Positions 17,870-27,119 of a stretch of 56,088 nt of DNA are shown here, piece after piece. Position numbers and translations under genes: made by a program. How positions within the stretch are numbered: the first letter of the stretch is position 1; every line of letters begins with the position of its first letter. The notes beneath the pieces were generated by a model. The model was not told where the DNA came from, searched no databases, and saw only the letters and a program-made list of their open reading frames with translations. The stretch spans positions 1 to 56,088 of the forward strand of contig JABGWD010000145.1 of assembly GCA_018645725.1 (NCBI GenBank), read 5' to 3'. This stretch comes from Opitutia bacterium. GTDB lineage: Bacteria > Verrucomicrobiota > Verrucomicrobiia > Opitutales > Seribacteraceae.

Positions 17870-19405
17870 TTGAAAAGGTTTCATTTTCTAGGTTTCTTTC
17901 TCTGGTCGTGTCTGGCGATCTTGTCCCATGCGGCAACGCGTCCGAATGTGGTGCTTATTATGGCTGATGACATGGGGTATTCGGACTTGGGTTGTTACGG
18001 CGGAGAGATCAAGACGCCCAATCTGGATCGCTTGGCAAAGAACGGAATTCGTTACACCCAAGCTTACAACACCTCGAAGTGCTGGACTACGCGGATCAGT
18101 CTGCTGACCGGACTGTATCACCACCGAAGTGACCGGGGCTTCAGCGACACGGCCCTGATCGGGGAAATTCTCAAGCCGGCCGGTTACCGAACCTGGTGGT
18201 CTGGCAAGCACCATGCGAGCTTCAACCCGCACGAACGAGGGTTCGATCATTTTTCGGGATTTCTTGGTGGAGCGATCAATTTTTGGAATCCCGCAGACAA
18301 GGCTAGGGAAGGAGAGGACGTTCCTGGTTGGAAAGTCGTCTACACCTGGGCATTTGATAAGAAATTGGTAAAGCCTTACCTACCACCCAAGTACTTCTTT
18401 GCGACCGATGCCTTTACCGATTGGGGCTTGGAATGGCTGGACGAAAAAGAGAGTGCGGATGACCCCTTTTTTCTTTATTTGGCATATAATGCTCCGCACT
18501 GGCCGTTGCATGCTCATCCTGAAGACATCGCAAAGTACGAGGGGTTTTATGATTCCGGATACGAGGCCATCCGTAAAGCTCGATACCGAAGACAGTTGGC
18601 GACCGGTTTGTTTGACGAAGAGGTGACTCCCCTGAGCGAACCGGAGCACAAGGTATGGTCAACTCTATCTCCAAAAGAAAGAAAGGAGGAGGCATTGCGC
18701 ATGCAAATTCATGCCGCGATGGTTGACCGTATGGACCAAAACGTCGGGCGTTTGATCGTTAAGTTGAGTGAAACTGGAAAACTCGAGGACACTCTCATTA
18801 TTTTCTTGGTCGACAATGGATCGAGCCATGAGAGACCTAGGCGGGGAGGAAAGAATGCAGAAGCGGCGTGGGGGAGCGTGGGTTCCTTTGAAGCAATCGG
18901 GCAGTCATGGGCGAATGCCACCAACAGCCCGTTCAAAAAATGGAAGGTTCAGGGACTGGAGGGAGGAATCTGCACGCCCATGATCGCTCATTGGCCGGAT
19001 GGGATCAAGTTGCCCAAAAATTCGATTTCACGCGAACCTTGTCATCTGATCGATTTCGTGCCGACCTTTATGGAGCTTGCAGGCGAACGATCGAGGTATT
19101 CGGGAAACCTTCCGGGTTTGGACGGCATTAGTATAACCCCGACCTTTGCCGGGAAAAAGCTTGAGCGTGAAAAGCCTCTCTTTTTTCAATACGGATCTTG
19201 GCAAGTCCTCCGGAAAGATTCTTGGAAACTCGTTCAACGCAAGAGCGATCCTTGGCAGTTGTATGACTTGAGCAGGGACCGCACGGAAACAAGAAACCTT
19301 GCATCCAAGTTTCCCGAACGGGTGTTGCAAATGAAGACACGCTGGGAAGAATGGGCCAAGGAGGTCGGCCTCAAAGTGAAACCTCAAAAGGGTAAAAAGA
19401 AATAG
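17870..19405 (+). CDS. Secreted arylsulfatase-like S1 sulfatase with non-canonical CWTTR motif
   Basis: TTG start 2 nt after the upstream stop with AAAGGAG ahead; NVVLIMADDMG, KCWTTRISLLTG, AYNAPHWPL, DNG, EGGICTP. Confidence 0.9.
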   Translation: MKRFHFLGFFLWSCLAILSHAATRPNVVLIMADDMGYSDLGCYGGEIKTPNLDRLAKNGIRYTQAYNTSKCWTTRISLLTGLYHHRSDRGFSDTALIGEILKPAGYRTWWSGKHHASFNPHERGFDHFSGFLGGAINFWNPADKAREGEDVPGWKVVYTWAFDKKLVKPYLPPKYFFATDAFTDWGLEWLDEKESADDPFFLYLAYNAPHWPLHAHPEDIAKYEGFYDSGYEAIRKARYRRQLATGLFDEEVTPLSEPEHKVWSTLSPKERKEEALRMQIHAAMVDRMDQNVGRLIVKLSETGKLEDTLIIFLVDNGSSHERPRRGGKNAEAAWGSVGSFEAIGQSWANATNSPFKKWKVQGLEGGICTPMIAHWPDGIKLPKNSISREPCHLIDFVPTFMELAGERSRYSGNLPGLDGISITPTFAGKKLEREKPLFFQYGSWQVLRKDSWKLVQRKSDPWQLYDLSRDRTETRNLASKFPERVLQMKTRWEEWAKEVGLKVKPQKGKKK

Positions 19406-19411
19406 CCGGAA

Positions 19412-20188
19412 ATGAAAAGTCTCGAAACCAATTACCCGAGTATTCAAATGAACCAAGTAATCACAATCCTTTCATTCCTGTCTTTGCTTTGCCCGATTTG
19501 CTTTGGGCAGCAACTACAACCCACCCATCGGAATCTGCGCTATAGCAAGGAATACGACCGTAGTGTGCTGGACTTGTGGACGGTCAATGGCAAAAAGCCC
19601 GCCCCGTTGGTCGTCTACTTCCATGGGGGAGGGTTCAAGTTCGGGGACAAGGCCTTCTTTTCCCGCAGTTCGCTGTTGCGCAAATACCATCCGCAAGGGG
19701 TTGCCTTCGCGAGCGTCAATTATCCCTTTCTCGTTCACGTAGGGCAGGACTACTTGAAGATCATGAATCATTGCGCCGAGGCAATCCGTTTTCTCAAGGA
19801 GAACTCCGCGAAGTACAACCTCGACCCAAATAGAATCTCGGTCTCCGGTGTCTCCGCAGGGGCCATTATCACTTGCCACGTCGGCCATGCCAATGATTTG
19901 GGTATCCGTTCCCTCTTTCCAATTCAGCAACCCATGGGCACTCCCTTGCTTGCCATTCCCTATTTGCGAAAGGGAGGACCGCCCATCTTCGTGTACAACC
20001 GTTCGGGTCGCAACGATCGCGTTCATCATCCCGACAATGCTCTTTTCGTGAAGAAGAAATGCGATCTTCTGGGTGTTGAATGCACAGTTTACGGAACAAA
20101 GGACTCGGGCCTTCCCGTCTTGCCCGCAGGCCAGGACGTCAACGAGCTGGCCATGAAGTTCTTTCGGGATTCTTGGGAAAAAAATTAA
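19412..20188 (+). CDS. Secreted alpha/beta-hydrolase (carboxylesterase / BD-FAE-like)
   Basis: FHGGGF oxyanion motif, GVSAG nucleophile elbow, VHHP His; signal peptide from the alternative ATG at 19448. Confidence 0.85.
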   Translation: MKSLETNYPSIQMNQVITILSFLSLLCPICFGQQLQPTHRNLRYSKEYDRSVLDLWTVNGKKPAPLVVYFHGGGFKFGDKAFFSRSSLLRKYHPQGVAFASVNYPFLVHVGQDYLKIMNHCAEAIRFLKENSAKYNLDPNRISVSGVSAGAIITCHVGHANDLGIRSLFPIQQPMGTPLLAIPYLRKGGPPIFVYNRSGRNDRVHHPDNALFVKKKCDLLGVECTVYGTKDSGLPVLPAGQDVNELAMKFFRDSWEKN

Positions 20189-20279
20189 CCAAGGGGTTGG
20201 CCAAAGAAGTTTTTTAAATTTGATTCTCGGGAAAAGGTACTCTAAGAGCTTTAATTTTGCCCTAAGGAGCTATAAAAGC

Positions 20280-21173
20280 ATGAATAAAAAAGAAGTCACT
20301 TATGACGAAATCATAGAAGGACTCGGAGACAAACTTCCGAGCTTGCCTCAAATTTTGGATGATTTGGTCAAAACCTTGGGTAACTTGAACGTAACCTTGG
20401 ACTTGATAGAGGAACAGATTCGAATAGATCAGTCGATTAGTTTGGAAATCCTCAAAGTCGTCAACAAGGTCGAATTTCTTGAATTGGAAGAGAAGAGGAT
20501 AACTTCAATTGGCGAAGCGATTCACAAGCTTGGTTTTGAAAACGTCCAAAAGATCATAATGAACGTTTCGGTTTTGCCTTTCTTTTCGGGCACGAAGTTT
20601 CCACCATTCTTTAAAGTCGAATCCCTTTGGAAGCATTGTGTCGGGGTTGCCCTCGGTTCTCATGTCATCAGTGAATTCTTGGAGTATGGAAACAATGACA
20701 GAGCCTATGCCTGTGGCTTGGTTCATGACATTGGCAAAGTCGCCAAAATTAATTTCAGCGCAAACGCTTTCAGCAAAGAACTCTTGTCTGCCAAGAGAAA
20801 AAAGATGACCATTCATGAAATGGAGGTTGAGAGGAATTTGCTCCAACATGAGATACTGGGTTCTCTTATCGCCGAGAAGTGGGCAATGCCCTATGAGTTA
20901 TGTCAGTCAATCCGTTGGCATCATACGGAATTACGGGAAGACAGAACCGACTTGGAAGACCCTGATATTCATCTTCTTGTGGACATTGTTTTGTTGGCTA
21001 ACTCGATTGTAAACAAGATGAAGTTCGGTACAAGCGGTCATTCGTTTTATCGACCACCCAGTCAGAAGTTCTTGAAGACAATGGGGCTCAATGAAGCGAA
21101 TTTGGTCGAGTTGGAGGAAGCCATCAGGAGAGATTGGGAAACCAAATTTTCTTACTTGGCCATTCTTAAATAA
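20280..21173 (+). CDS. HDOD domain protein, paralog of 15228-16130
   Basis: AAGGAG RBS before ATG 20280; LPSLP, LWKHCVGVA, AYACGLVHDIGK, IRWHH. Confidence 0.9.
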   Translation: MNKKEVTYDEIIEGLGDKLPSLPQILDDLVKTLGNLNVTLDLIEEQIRIDQSISLEILKVVNKVEFLELEEKRITSIGEAIHKLGFENVQKIIMNVSVLPFFSGTKFPPFFKVESLWKHCVGVALGSHVISEFLEYGNNDRAYACGLVHDIGKVAKINFSANAFSKELLSAKRKKMTIHEMEVERNLLQHEILGSLIAEKWAMPYELCQSIRWHHTELREDRTDLEDPDIHLLVDIVLLANSIVNKMKFGTSGHSFYRPPSQKFLKTMGLNEANLVELEEAIRRDWETKFSYLAILK

Positions 21174-21360
21174 CAATCCCCTGCCTCTTCAATTTTCAAT
21201 TGTCTTACAATTTGATTTTATACGGGGAATCCTGATTTGCGTGGCATCCTGCGTCGTGAATTTTTCTTCAAAATCAATTCGCATGAAGCGGTGGGTTGGA
21301 CAGGTTTCGTGCAGAAGCTCTCTTGCGATTGGATTGAATACAAGATAGGCAATCAACACC

Positions 21361-22152
21361 ATGATTGATCGACGATCCTTTATCAACTGCAGTGCAACCT
21401 GCGTCACGTCATTGGTTGCCGCATCCTCCGCCAAAGCAAAAGAGCCCGAGCTCAGTGTATCTTCGGTAAACGGGTATGATTATCGACGCCCCAAGTTCAA
21501 GAAAGGTTCCCGCCTCCTCTTTCAAGGTGACTCGATCACCGACATGAAATGGGGAAGGAACCAAAAGGATCGCAATCACTACTTGGGGCATAGTTATGTT
21601 TACCTGATAGCGGCCCGATTGGGAGTCGATATACCCGAAGCGCAATTGGATGTCTATAATCGCGGGATGAGCGGTCACAAAGTCCGTGACCTGAAGGCCC
21701 GCTGGCAGAAGGACGCGATCGATATGAAGCCTGACTGGTTGAGTATTCTGATCGGGATCAATGACGTTGGCCGTACGGTGACCAAGGACAAGGGTTTGGA
21801 GGAATGGGAAGCTGACTATCGTTTTATTCTTGATGCAAGCCGCAAGGCGAATGCGGATTTGAAGTTGGTCTTGCTCGACCCCTTCGTACTGGCTTCGGGC
21901 GGACTGACTGATCCATCGGCGTTCAAAGCAAAGCGGGCGATCGTGGACAAGCTTTGCGCGATCGTCCCGAGATTGGCAAATGACTACGGAGCCATTCATG
22001 TCAAAACGCAGGAATTTTTTGATCAGGCGGCTAGAAAAGTTAGCCCGGAGCAATGGATTTGGGATGGTGTGCACCCGTTGCCCCAAGGCCATGAACTGAT
22101 TGCAAGGAATTGGTTGCAAGCCGTGAGCGAGGCGACCAATAAAGAAGTATGA
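21361..22152 (+). CDS. SGNH/GDSL hydrolase with Tat signal
   Basis: DRRSFI leader; FQGDSIT, NRGMSG, IGIND, DGVHP. Confidence 0.92.
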   Translation: MIDRRSFINCSATCVTSLVAASSAKAKEPELSVSSVNGYDYRRPKFKKGSRLLFQGDSITDMKWGRNQKDRNHYLGHSYVYLIAARLGVDIPEAQLDVYNRGMSGHKVRDLKARWQKDAIDMKPDWLSILIGINDVGRTVTKDKGLEEWEADYRFILDASRKANADLKLVLLDPFVLASGGLTDPSAFKAKRAIVDKLCAIVPRLANDYGAIHVKTQEFFDQAARKVSPEQWIWDGVHPLPQGHELIARNWLQAVSEATNKEV

Positions 22153-23024
22153 ACCAATCCACTACGATTCAACCCGTCGGCTCGTGCGTTTCCCAATGGG
22201 GAGAGGGTCCGATCTTTTGGGACGGACATTTGATCTACGTAGACATCGAAGGCCACACGCTTATACGCCTCAATGGGGAGACCGGGAACGAGGAGACTTG
22301 GGAGATGAGCGAGCGCATAGGGACGGTTGTACCGATGAAAGATGGAAGCTTTCTTTGCGCCGGTGATTCGGGTATCTATTCTTTCGATCCCGCGTCGGGG
22401 GACAAGATAAACCTTGCCGATCCTGAGGCGCATAAGCGCCCGGACAATCGATTCAATGACGGTAAGTGCGACCCGGCTGGACGATTTTGGGCAGGTACGA
22501 TCAGTACGGTCAAGAAGACAGGGGATGCCAACCTCTACATGTTTGACTTGGCTGGAAACTTGAGCCTGAAGGTGTCCGGAGTCACGAACTCCAACGGGAT
22601 TTGTTGGAACGCGGAGGCGACCGTGATGTACTATATCGACACCCCGACCAAGAAGATTTTGGCGTATCCCTTTGAGAACGAAACGGGGGAAATCGGAGAA
22701 CCATCCTTGGTCGTTGATACTGGAGTTGCCGGATGGGCAGGCTCGCCTGATGGCATGACCATTGATGCCGACGGCAAATTATGGGTGGCGATGTGCCATG
22801 GAGGAACGGTGCTGCGGATCGATCCTTTGTCCGGAGAGCTTCTTCAACAAGTAGACTTTCCTTGCGTGGAAACAACCGCCTGCGCGTTTGGCGGTCCGAA
22901 TCTCGAGCGCTTGTTCGTAACGACCGGCTTGCACAAGACCTTGGATGAACCGGATGCAGGCAAGGTTTTCGTGGTGGACGGATTGGGTGTATCTGGTGTT
23001 CCCTCTTTTGCATACGGGAAGTGA
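22149..23024 (+). CDS. SMP-30/gluconolactonase/LRE family protein (sugar lactonase)
   Basis: GEGP, RFNDGKCDPAGRFWAG, SNGICW, PDGMTIDADG, TACAFGG; ATGA overlap with the upstream gene. Confidence 0.93.
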   Translation: MNQSTTIQPVGSCVSQWGEGPIFWDGHLIYVDIEGHTLIRLNGETGNEETWEMSERIGTVVPMKDGSFLCAGDSGIYSFDPASGDKINLADPEAHKRPDNRFNDGKCDPAGRFWAGTISTVKKTGDANLYMFDLAGNLSLKVSGVTNSNGICWNAEATVMYYIDTPTKKILAYPFENETGEIGEPSLVVDTGVAGWAGSPDGMTIDADGKLWVAMCHGGTVLRIDPLSGELLQQVDFPCVETTACAFGGPNLERLFVTTGLHKTLDEPDAGKVFVVDGLGVSGVPSFAYGK

Positions 23025-23062
23025 CCCGTTCTCCTCCTTGCCTTTAACCAGTGACCAATAAT

Positions 23063-25570
23063 ATGAAACCCTTGTATCTCCTTATCTTTCTTGCCTCCGC
23101 CTGTTTTCTCAATGCCGGTGAGTTTTCCAGTGACTTTAAGAATACCCATGACCGGGTGTGGTTGGGCGAAGAGTACTGGGCCAATCCGATGGAGGACTGG
23201 CTCGTTCGGGATGGCCGGATCGTTTGCATCCGCAACGGAGCGAATCGGAACGTGCACTTGCTCACCCATGGACTGAGCCCTGCTGGCCCGGATGCATCCT
23301 TTGTCGTATCGGTCCGGTTGGGGATTGAGGAGAATTCGAAAAGAGGTTCGGCTGGTTTTATGGTCGGGGTTGTTGATCAGGAAACCCGTGATCCCCGGGC
23401 AAGCCTGCTCATGGGAAAGGGACTGGTTGCAGGCGTCAGGACGAATGGCAAATTGTTCATTGGAAAAGCGGAGTCTGGGGAAGCCCTGTCTTCCGTCAAG
23501 GATATCACCTTGAGGTTGGAAGCTACTCCTGCCAAGACGAAAGGCTCTTACAGTCTGCTCCTTCTTGCCTTTGAGGGGGGAACCGGTAAAGAGCTGTCCA
23601 GGCTTTCCTCGCCAATGATCAAGAGCGAGGACTTGTCCGGCAATTTGGCCATTGGCTGCAATATCGACCTGCAATCAAATGCGAAGGGAGCGGGGAAGCT
23701 GTCCCGTTTCTGGTTTTCGGATTGGAAAGTGGAAGGTGGGATGGTGGAAGCCCGTCCCGGTCTTGCCTTCGGACCGATTCTCTATGCCATGCATACCTTG
23801 AGTCGGGGTACGCTCACCCTGACTGCTCAGATGCCGCCTTTGGGAAAAAAGGAGGCCGACTCAGTAAGGCTTGATGCCAAGGACGGGTCGGGGAAATGGA
23901 AGAAGCAAGCGGTCGCGAAAATCGATTCGTTGTCCAGGACGGCGACTTTCCGTGTCAAGGAATGGGAGGATTCCCGGGACGTTTCCTACCGGGTTGTCTT
24001 TGAGGACAAGAAGAAGGATGGTTCAAACAAGGAAAGGTATTTCGAGGGGGTGATCCGCAAGGACCCGGTAGCCAAGAAGGAGGTCGTGGTGGCGGGTTTT
24101 ACCGGCAACAAGGCCACCGCCTTTCCTAATTCCAAGCTGGTCGAGAACGTGGGGATCGTCAATCCAGACGTCCTTTTCTTCTCCGGGGACCAGATCTACG
24201 AGGACGTGGGCGGGTATGGGATTCATCGCAGTCCCGTTGACTTGGCGGTGCTCAACTACCTGCGTAAAATCTATCTTTGGGGCTGGGCATTCCGGGATCT
24301 TATGCGTGATCGTCCGACCATCGCATTGCCTGACGACCATGACGTTTACCAGGGGAACATCTGGGGAGCGGCGGGACGTGATTGCGGTGGAATGAAGGGG
24401 CATTCCCAAGGGGGCTATGCCATGCATCCGGATTTCGTCAATGCAGTCCAGCGAACCCAGACCGATCATCATCCCGCCCCCTTCGACCCGACACCCGTGG
24501 AGCGTGGGATCGGGGTCTACTACGGGGACATGATCTATGGCAGGGTGGGCTTTGCCATCCTGGAAGACCGCAAGTTCAAATCGGGTCCCGAGGGCAAGGT
24601 GAATTACTGGAAAGGACGTCCCGATCACATCAAGGATCCGAAGTTCAAGCCCTCCTCGGTGGACAAGGAAGGATTGGTCCTCCTGGGCGACAGGCAGTTG
24701 AAATTTCTCCGGCACTTTGCGGGCGACTGGAAGGGGACGGACCTGAAGGTAGCCCTTTCTCAAACGATTTTCTGTAACTTGGCGAATTACCATGGAGGCG
24801 GGCAACAGTACATAGTGGCCGATCTGGACAGCAACGGGTGGCCCCAGTCCGGTCGCAACCGGGCCCTTGACGAGTTGCGTCGAGGCTTTGTCTTTCACTA
24901 TGCCGGCGACCAGCACCTTGCCTCTGTCGTAAGGCACGGGATTGACGACTGGGGGGATGCGGGCTTTTCCTTTTGCGTACCCAGCATTGCCGCAGGTTAC
25001 CCTCGCTCTTGGCGTCCCGACAAGGAGGGTCGCCCCGTTCGCAATCGGTCTGATCCGACCTTGCCCAACACGGGCGACTACAAGGATGGACTGGACAACA
25101 AGCTGAGCGTCTTTGCAATCGGCAACCCTGCGGCCAAGAACCGCAAGGGACGTCTTGCCACTCTTCATGACAAGGCTTCCGGTTTCGGCATTGTCCGGTT
25201 GAATGCGAAGACGGGTACGATTCGGATGGAGTGCCACCGCCTGCTCATCGATGCGGCCAATCCCAAGCCGGGTGACCAGTTTCCCGGTTGGCCCAAGACC
25301 ATACGCTACACTGACAACTATGGCCGGGAGCCGGTCGAGCACTTGCCGACCATCAAGGTCACGGGGATGAAGAACCCGGTCATCCAGATCAAGGACTCCA
25401 AGGGGGAACTGGTTTATGCCTTGCGAATTCACGGGAACTCCTTCCGTCCACCGGTCTTTGACAAGGGAGAAACTTATGAGGTACGGGTCGGCGAACCAGA
25501 CCGCGGGCTCTGGAAAACCCTCAAGGGTGAAAGCTCGGTCAGCCCATCGTCCCGCACCATCAAGTTCTGA
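23063..25570 (+). CDS. Secreted PhoD-like (alkaline phosphatase D family) metallophosphoesterase
   Basis: Signal peptide MKPLYLLIFLASACFLNA; FSGDQIYE, PDDHDV, DSNGWP, AGDQH. Confidence 0.82.
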   Translation: MKPLYLLIFLASACFLNAGEFSSDFKNTHDRVWLGEEYWANPMEDWLVRDGRIVCIRNGANRNVHLLTHGLSPAGPDASFVVSVRLGIEENSKRGSAGFMVGVVDQETRDPRASLLMGKGLVAGVRTNGKLFIGKAESGEALSSVKDITLRLEATPAKTKGSYSLLLLAFEGGTGKELSRLSSPMIKSEDLSGNLAIGCNIDLQSNAKGAGKLSRFWFSDWKVEGGMVEARPGLAFGPILYAMHTLSRGTLTLTAQMPPLGKKEADSVRLDAKDGSGKWKKQAVAKIDSLSRTATFRVKEWEDSRDVSYRVVFEDKKKDGSNKERYFEGVIRKDPVAKKEVVVAGFTGNKATAFPNSKLVENVGIVNPDVLFFSGDQIYEDVGGYGIHRSPVDLAVLNYLRKIYLWGWAFRDLMRDRPTIALPDDHDVYQGNIWGAAGRDCGGMKGHSQGGYAMHPDFVNAVQRTQTDHHPAPFDPTPVERGIGVYYGDMIYGRVGFAILEDRKFKSGPEGKVNYWKGRPDHIKDPKFKPSSVDKEGLVLLGDRQLKFLRHFAGDWKGTDLKVALSQTIFCNLANYHGGGQQYIVADLDSNGWPQSGRNRALDELRRGFVFHYAGDQHLASVVRHGIDDWGDAGFSFCVPSIAAGYPRSWRPDKEGRPVRNRSDPTLPNTGDYKDGLDNKLSVFAIGNPAAKNRKGRLATLHDKASGFGIVRLNAKTGTIRMECHRLLIDAANPKPGDQFPGWPKTIRYTDNYGREPVEHLPTIKVTGMKNPVIQIKDSKGELVYALRIHGNSFRPPVFDKGETYEVRVGEPDRGLWKTLKGESSVSPSSRTIKF

Positions 25571-25658
25571 TGTTGAGGGTTTTTCGCTCGTCCACAAAAT
25601 GTGGTTGCACGCAAAAGTAGTGGGTTGACGTACCGGTCAATCGCAGGAGGATTCTTTC

Positions 25659-27116
25659 TTGATGAAAGGGCTGAACCTTGGGTTTTCCTTCCTTCTCCTC
25701 ACTCGTATTGCCTGGGGGTCTCTTGCCATAGCCAAACCGCCCAACGTGGTGCTGATCGTTTCCGACGACCAAGGCTATCGAGATCTTGGATGCTTTGGCT
25801 CCGAGGAAATCAAGACTCCACATCTAGACCGCTTGGCCAAGGGCGGGGTGAAATTGACCAACTTCTACGTCGCTTGGCCAGCTTGCACACCATCCCGGGG
25901 AGCTCTTCTGACCGGGCGCTATCCCCAGCGTAACGGAATGTACGACATGGTCAGGAACGAGGCTCCGGACTATGGGTACAAATACAAGCCCGGCGAGTAC
26001 GAAGCCACCTTCGAGAGAGTCGGAGGTATGGATGAGCGTGAAATCCTCCTGCCCGAGGTCTTGAGCAAGGCAGGTTATGCAACCGCGATTTATGGGAAGT
26101 GGGACCTTGGCGTCCACAAACGCTTCCTTCCTCTTTCCCGTGGATTCGATGATTTCTACGGCTTCTCCAACACGGGGATCGATTACTATACTCATGAGCG
26201 TTACGGGGTCCCTTCGATGTTTAGAAATTTCAAAGCGACGACCGAGGACAAGGGAACCTACTGCACTTCTTTGTTCGAACGGGAAGCTCTTCGCTTTCTT
26301 AAGAAGGAAAAGGATCGTCCATTCTTTCTCTACCTTCCCTTCAACGCTCCGCATGGCGCTTCCAACTTGGATCCCGTGATCAGGGGCGGAGCTCAGTCAC
26401 CTGAAAAATACAAGGCTCTCTATCCCGAATTGCAAGCCCGGGTCGGTACCGAGGAACGCACGATCAGAAGGTATGGGTCGAAGACCTACACGGTTCCGAA
26501 CAAGCCTGCCCGCAGGCTCGAGTTCGTGGGTTCGGTCACCGCAATGGACGAGTCCGTTGGGAAGGTCCTTGGCTTTTTGGATGAACATGGGTTGGCGGAG
26601 AATACGATCGTGATCTTCTTCAGCGATAACGGGGGTGGGGGAGCGGCTGACAATTCCCCCTTGCGCGGGGCCAAGGGACAAATGTTCGAGGGTGGAATCC
26701 GTGTACCTTGCATCGTTCGTTGGCCCGCCATGCTTCCTGCCGGGGAGACCTGCGATGAGTTCCTCACTTCGCTCGAGGTTTTTCCGACCCTCTGTTCAGC
26801 CAGCGGGGCAAAGAGACCCAAAGGGGTCAAGCTCGATGGTTTCGATATGATTCCGGTCCTGCAGGGAAAGAAGAAATCCCAAAGAGGGGAAATGTTTTGG
26901 CAAAGGCGTCTGGACAAGGCTGCTCGAGTTGGGCATTGGAAATGGGTGGAGAGTGGCAGGGGGAATGGATTGTTTGATCTTCGAAAAGACTTGTCGGAGA
27001 AAAAGGACTTGTCCGCCGAGCGCCCCGAGATCCTGAAAAAACTGAAGGATCGATTCGCAAACTGGAAAAAGGAAATGGCTGCCGCCGAGCCGCGAGGTCC
27101 GTTTCGTGATTATTAA
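25659..27116 (+). CDS. Secreted S1 sulfatase (arylsulfatase-like)
   Basis: NVVLIVSDDQG, CTPSRGALLTG, GKWDLG, FNAPH, SDNGG, EGGIRVP; AGGAGG RBS. Confidence 0.93.
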   Translation: MMKGLNLGFSFLLLTRIAWGSLAIAKPPNVVLIVSDDQGYRDLGCFGSEEIKTPHLDRLAKGGVKLTNFYVAWPACTPSRGALLTGRYPQRNGMYDMVRNEAPDYGYKYKPGEYEATFERVGGMDEREILLPEVLSKAGYATAIYGKWDLGVHKRFLPLSRGFDDFYGFSNTGIDYYTHERYGVPSMFRNFKATTEDKGTYCTSLFEREALRFLKKEKDRPFFLYLPFNAPHGASNLDPVIRGGAQSPEKYKALYPELQARVGTEERTIRRYGSKTYTVPNKPARRLEFVGSVTAMDESVGKVLGFLDEHGLAENTIVIFFSDNGGGGAADNSPLRGAKGQMFEGGIRVPCIVRWPAMLPAGETCDEFLTSLEVFPTLCSASGAKRPKGVKLDGFDMIPVLQGKKKSQRGEMFWQRRLDKAARVGHWKWVESGRGNGLFDLRKDLSEKKDLSAERPEILKKLKDRFANWKKEMAAAEPRGPFRDY

Positions 27117-27119
27117 ACC

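Noticed and set aside
24023-25597. 524-aa antisense ORF
   Set aside because: Lies opposite the PhoD-like gene and has no motifs; a shadow ORF from codon bias.
25625-25640. TTGAC-N6-GTCAA palindrome before the third sulfatase
   Set aside because: Only 5-bp arms, and the spacing differs from the similar palindrome at 45590; could be chance.
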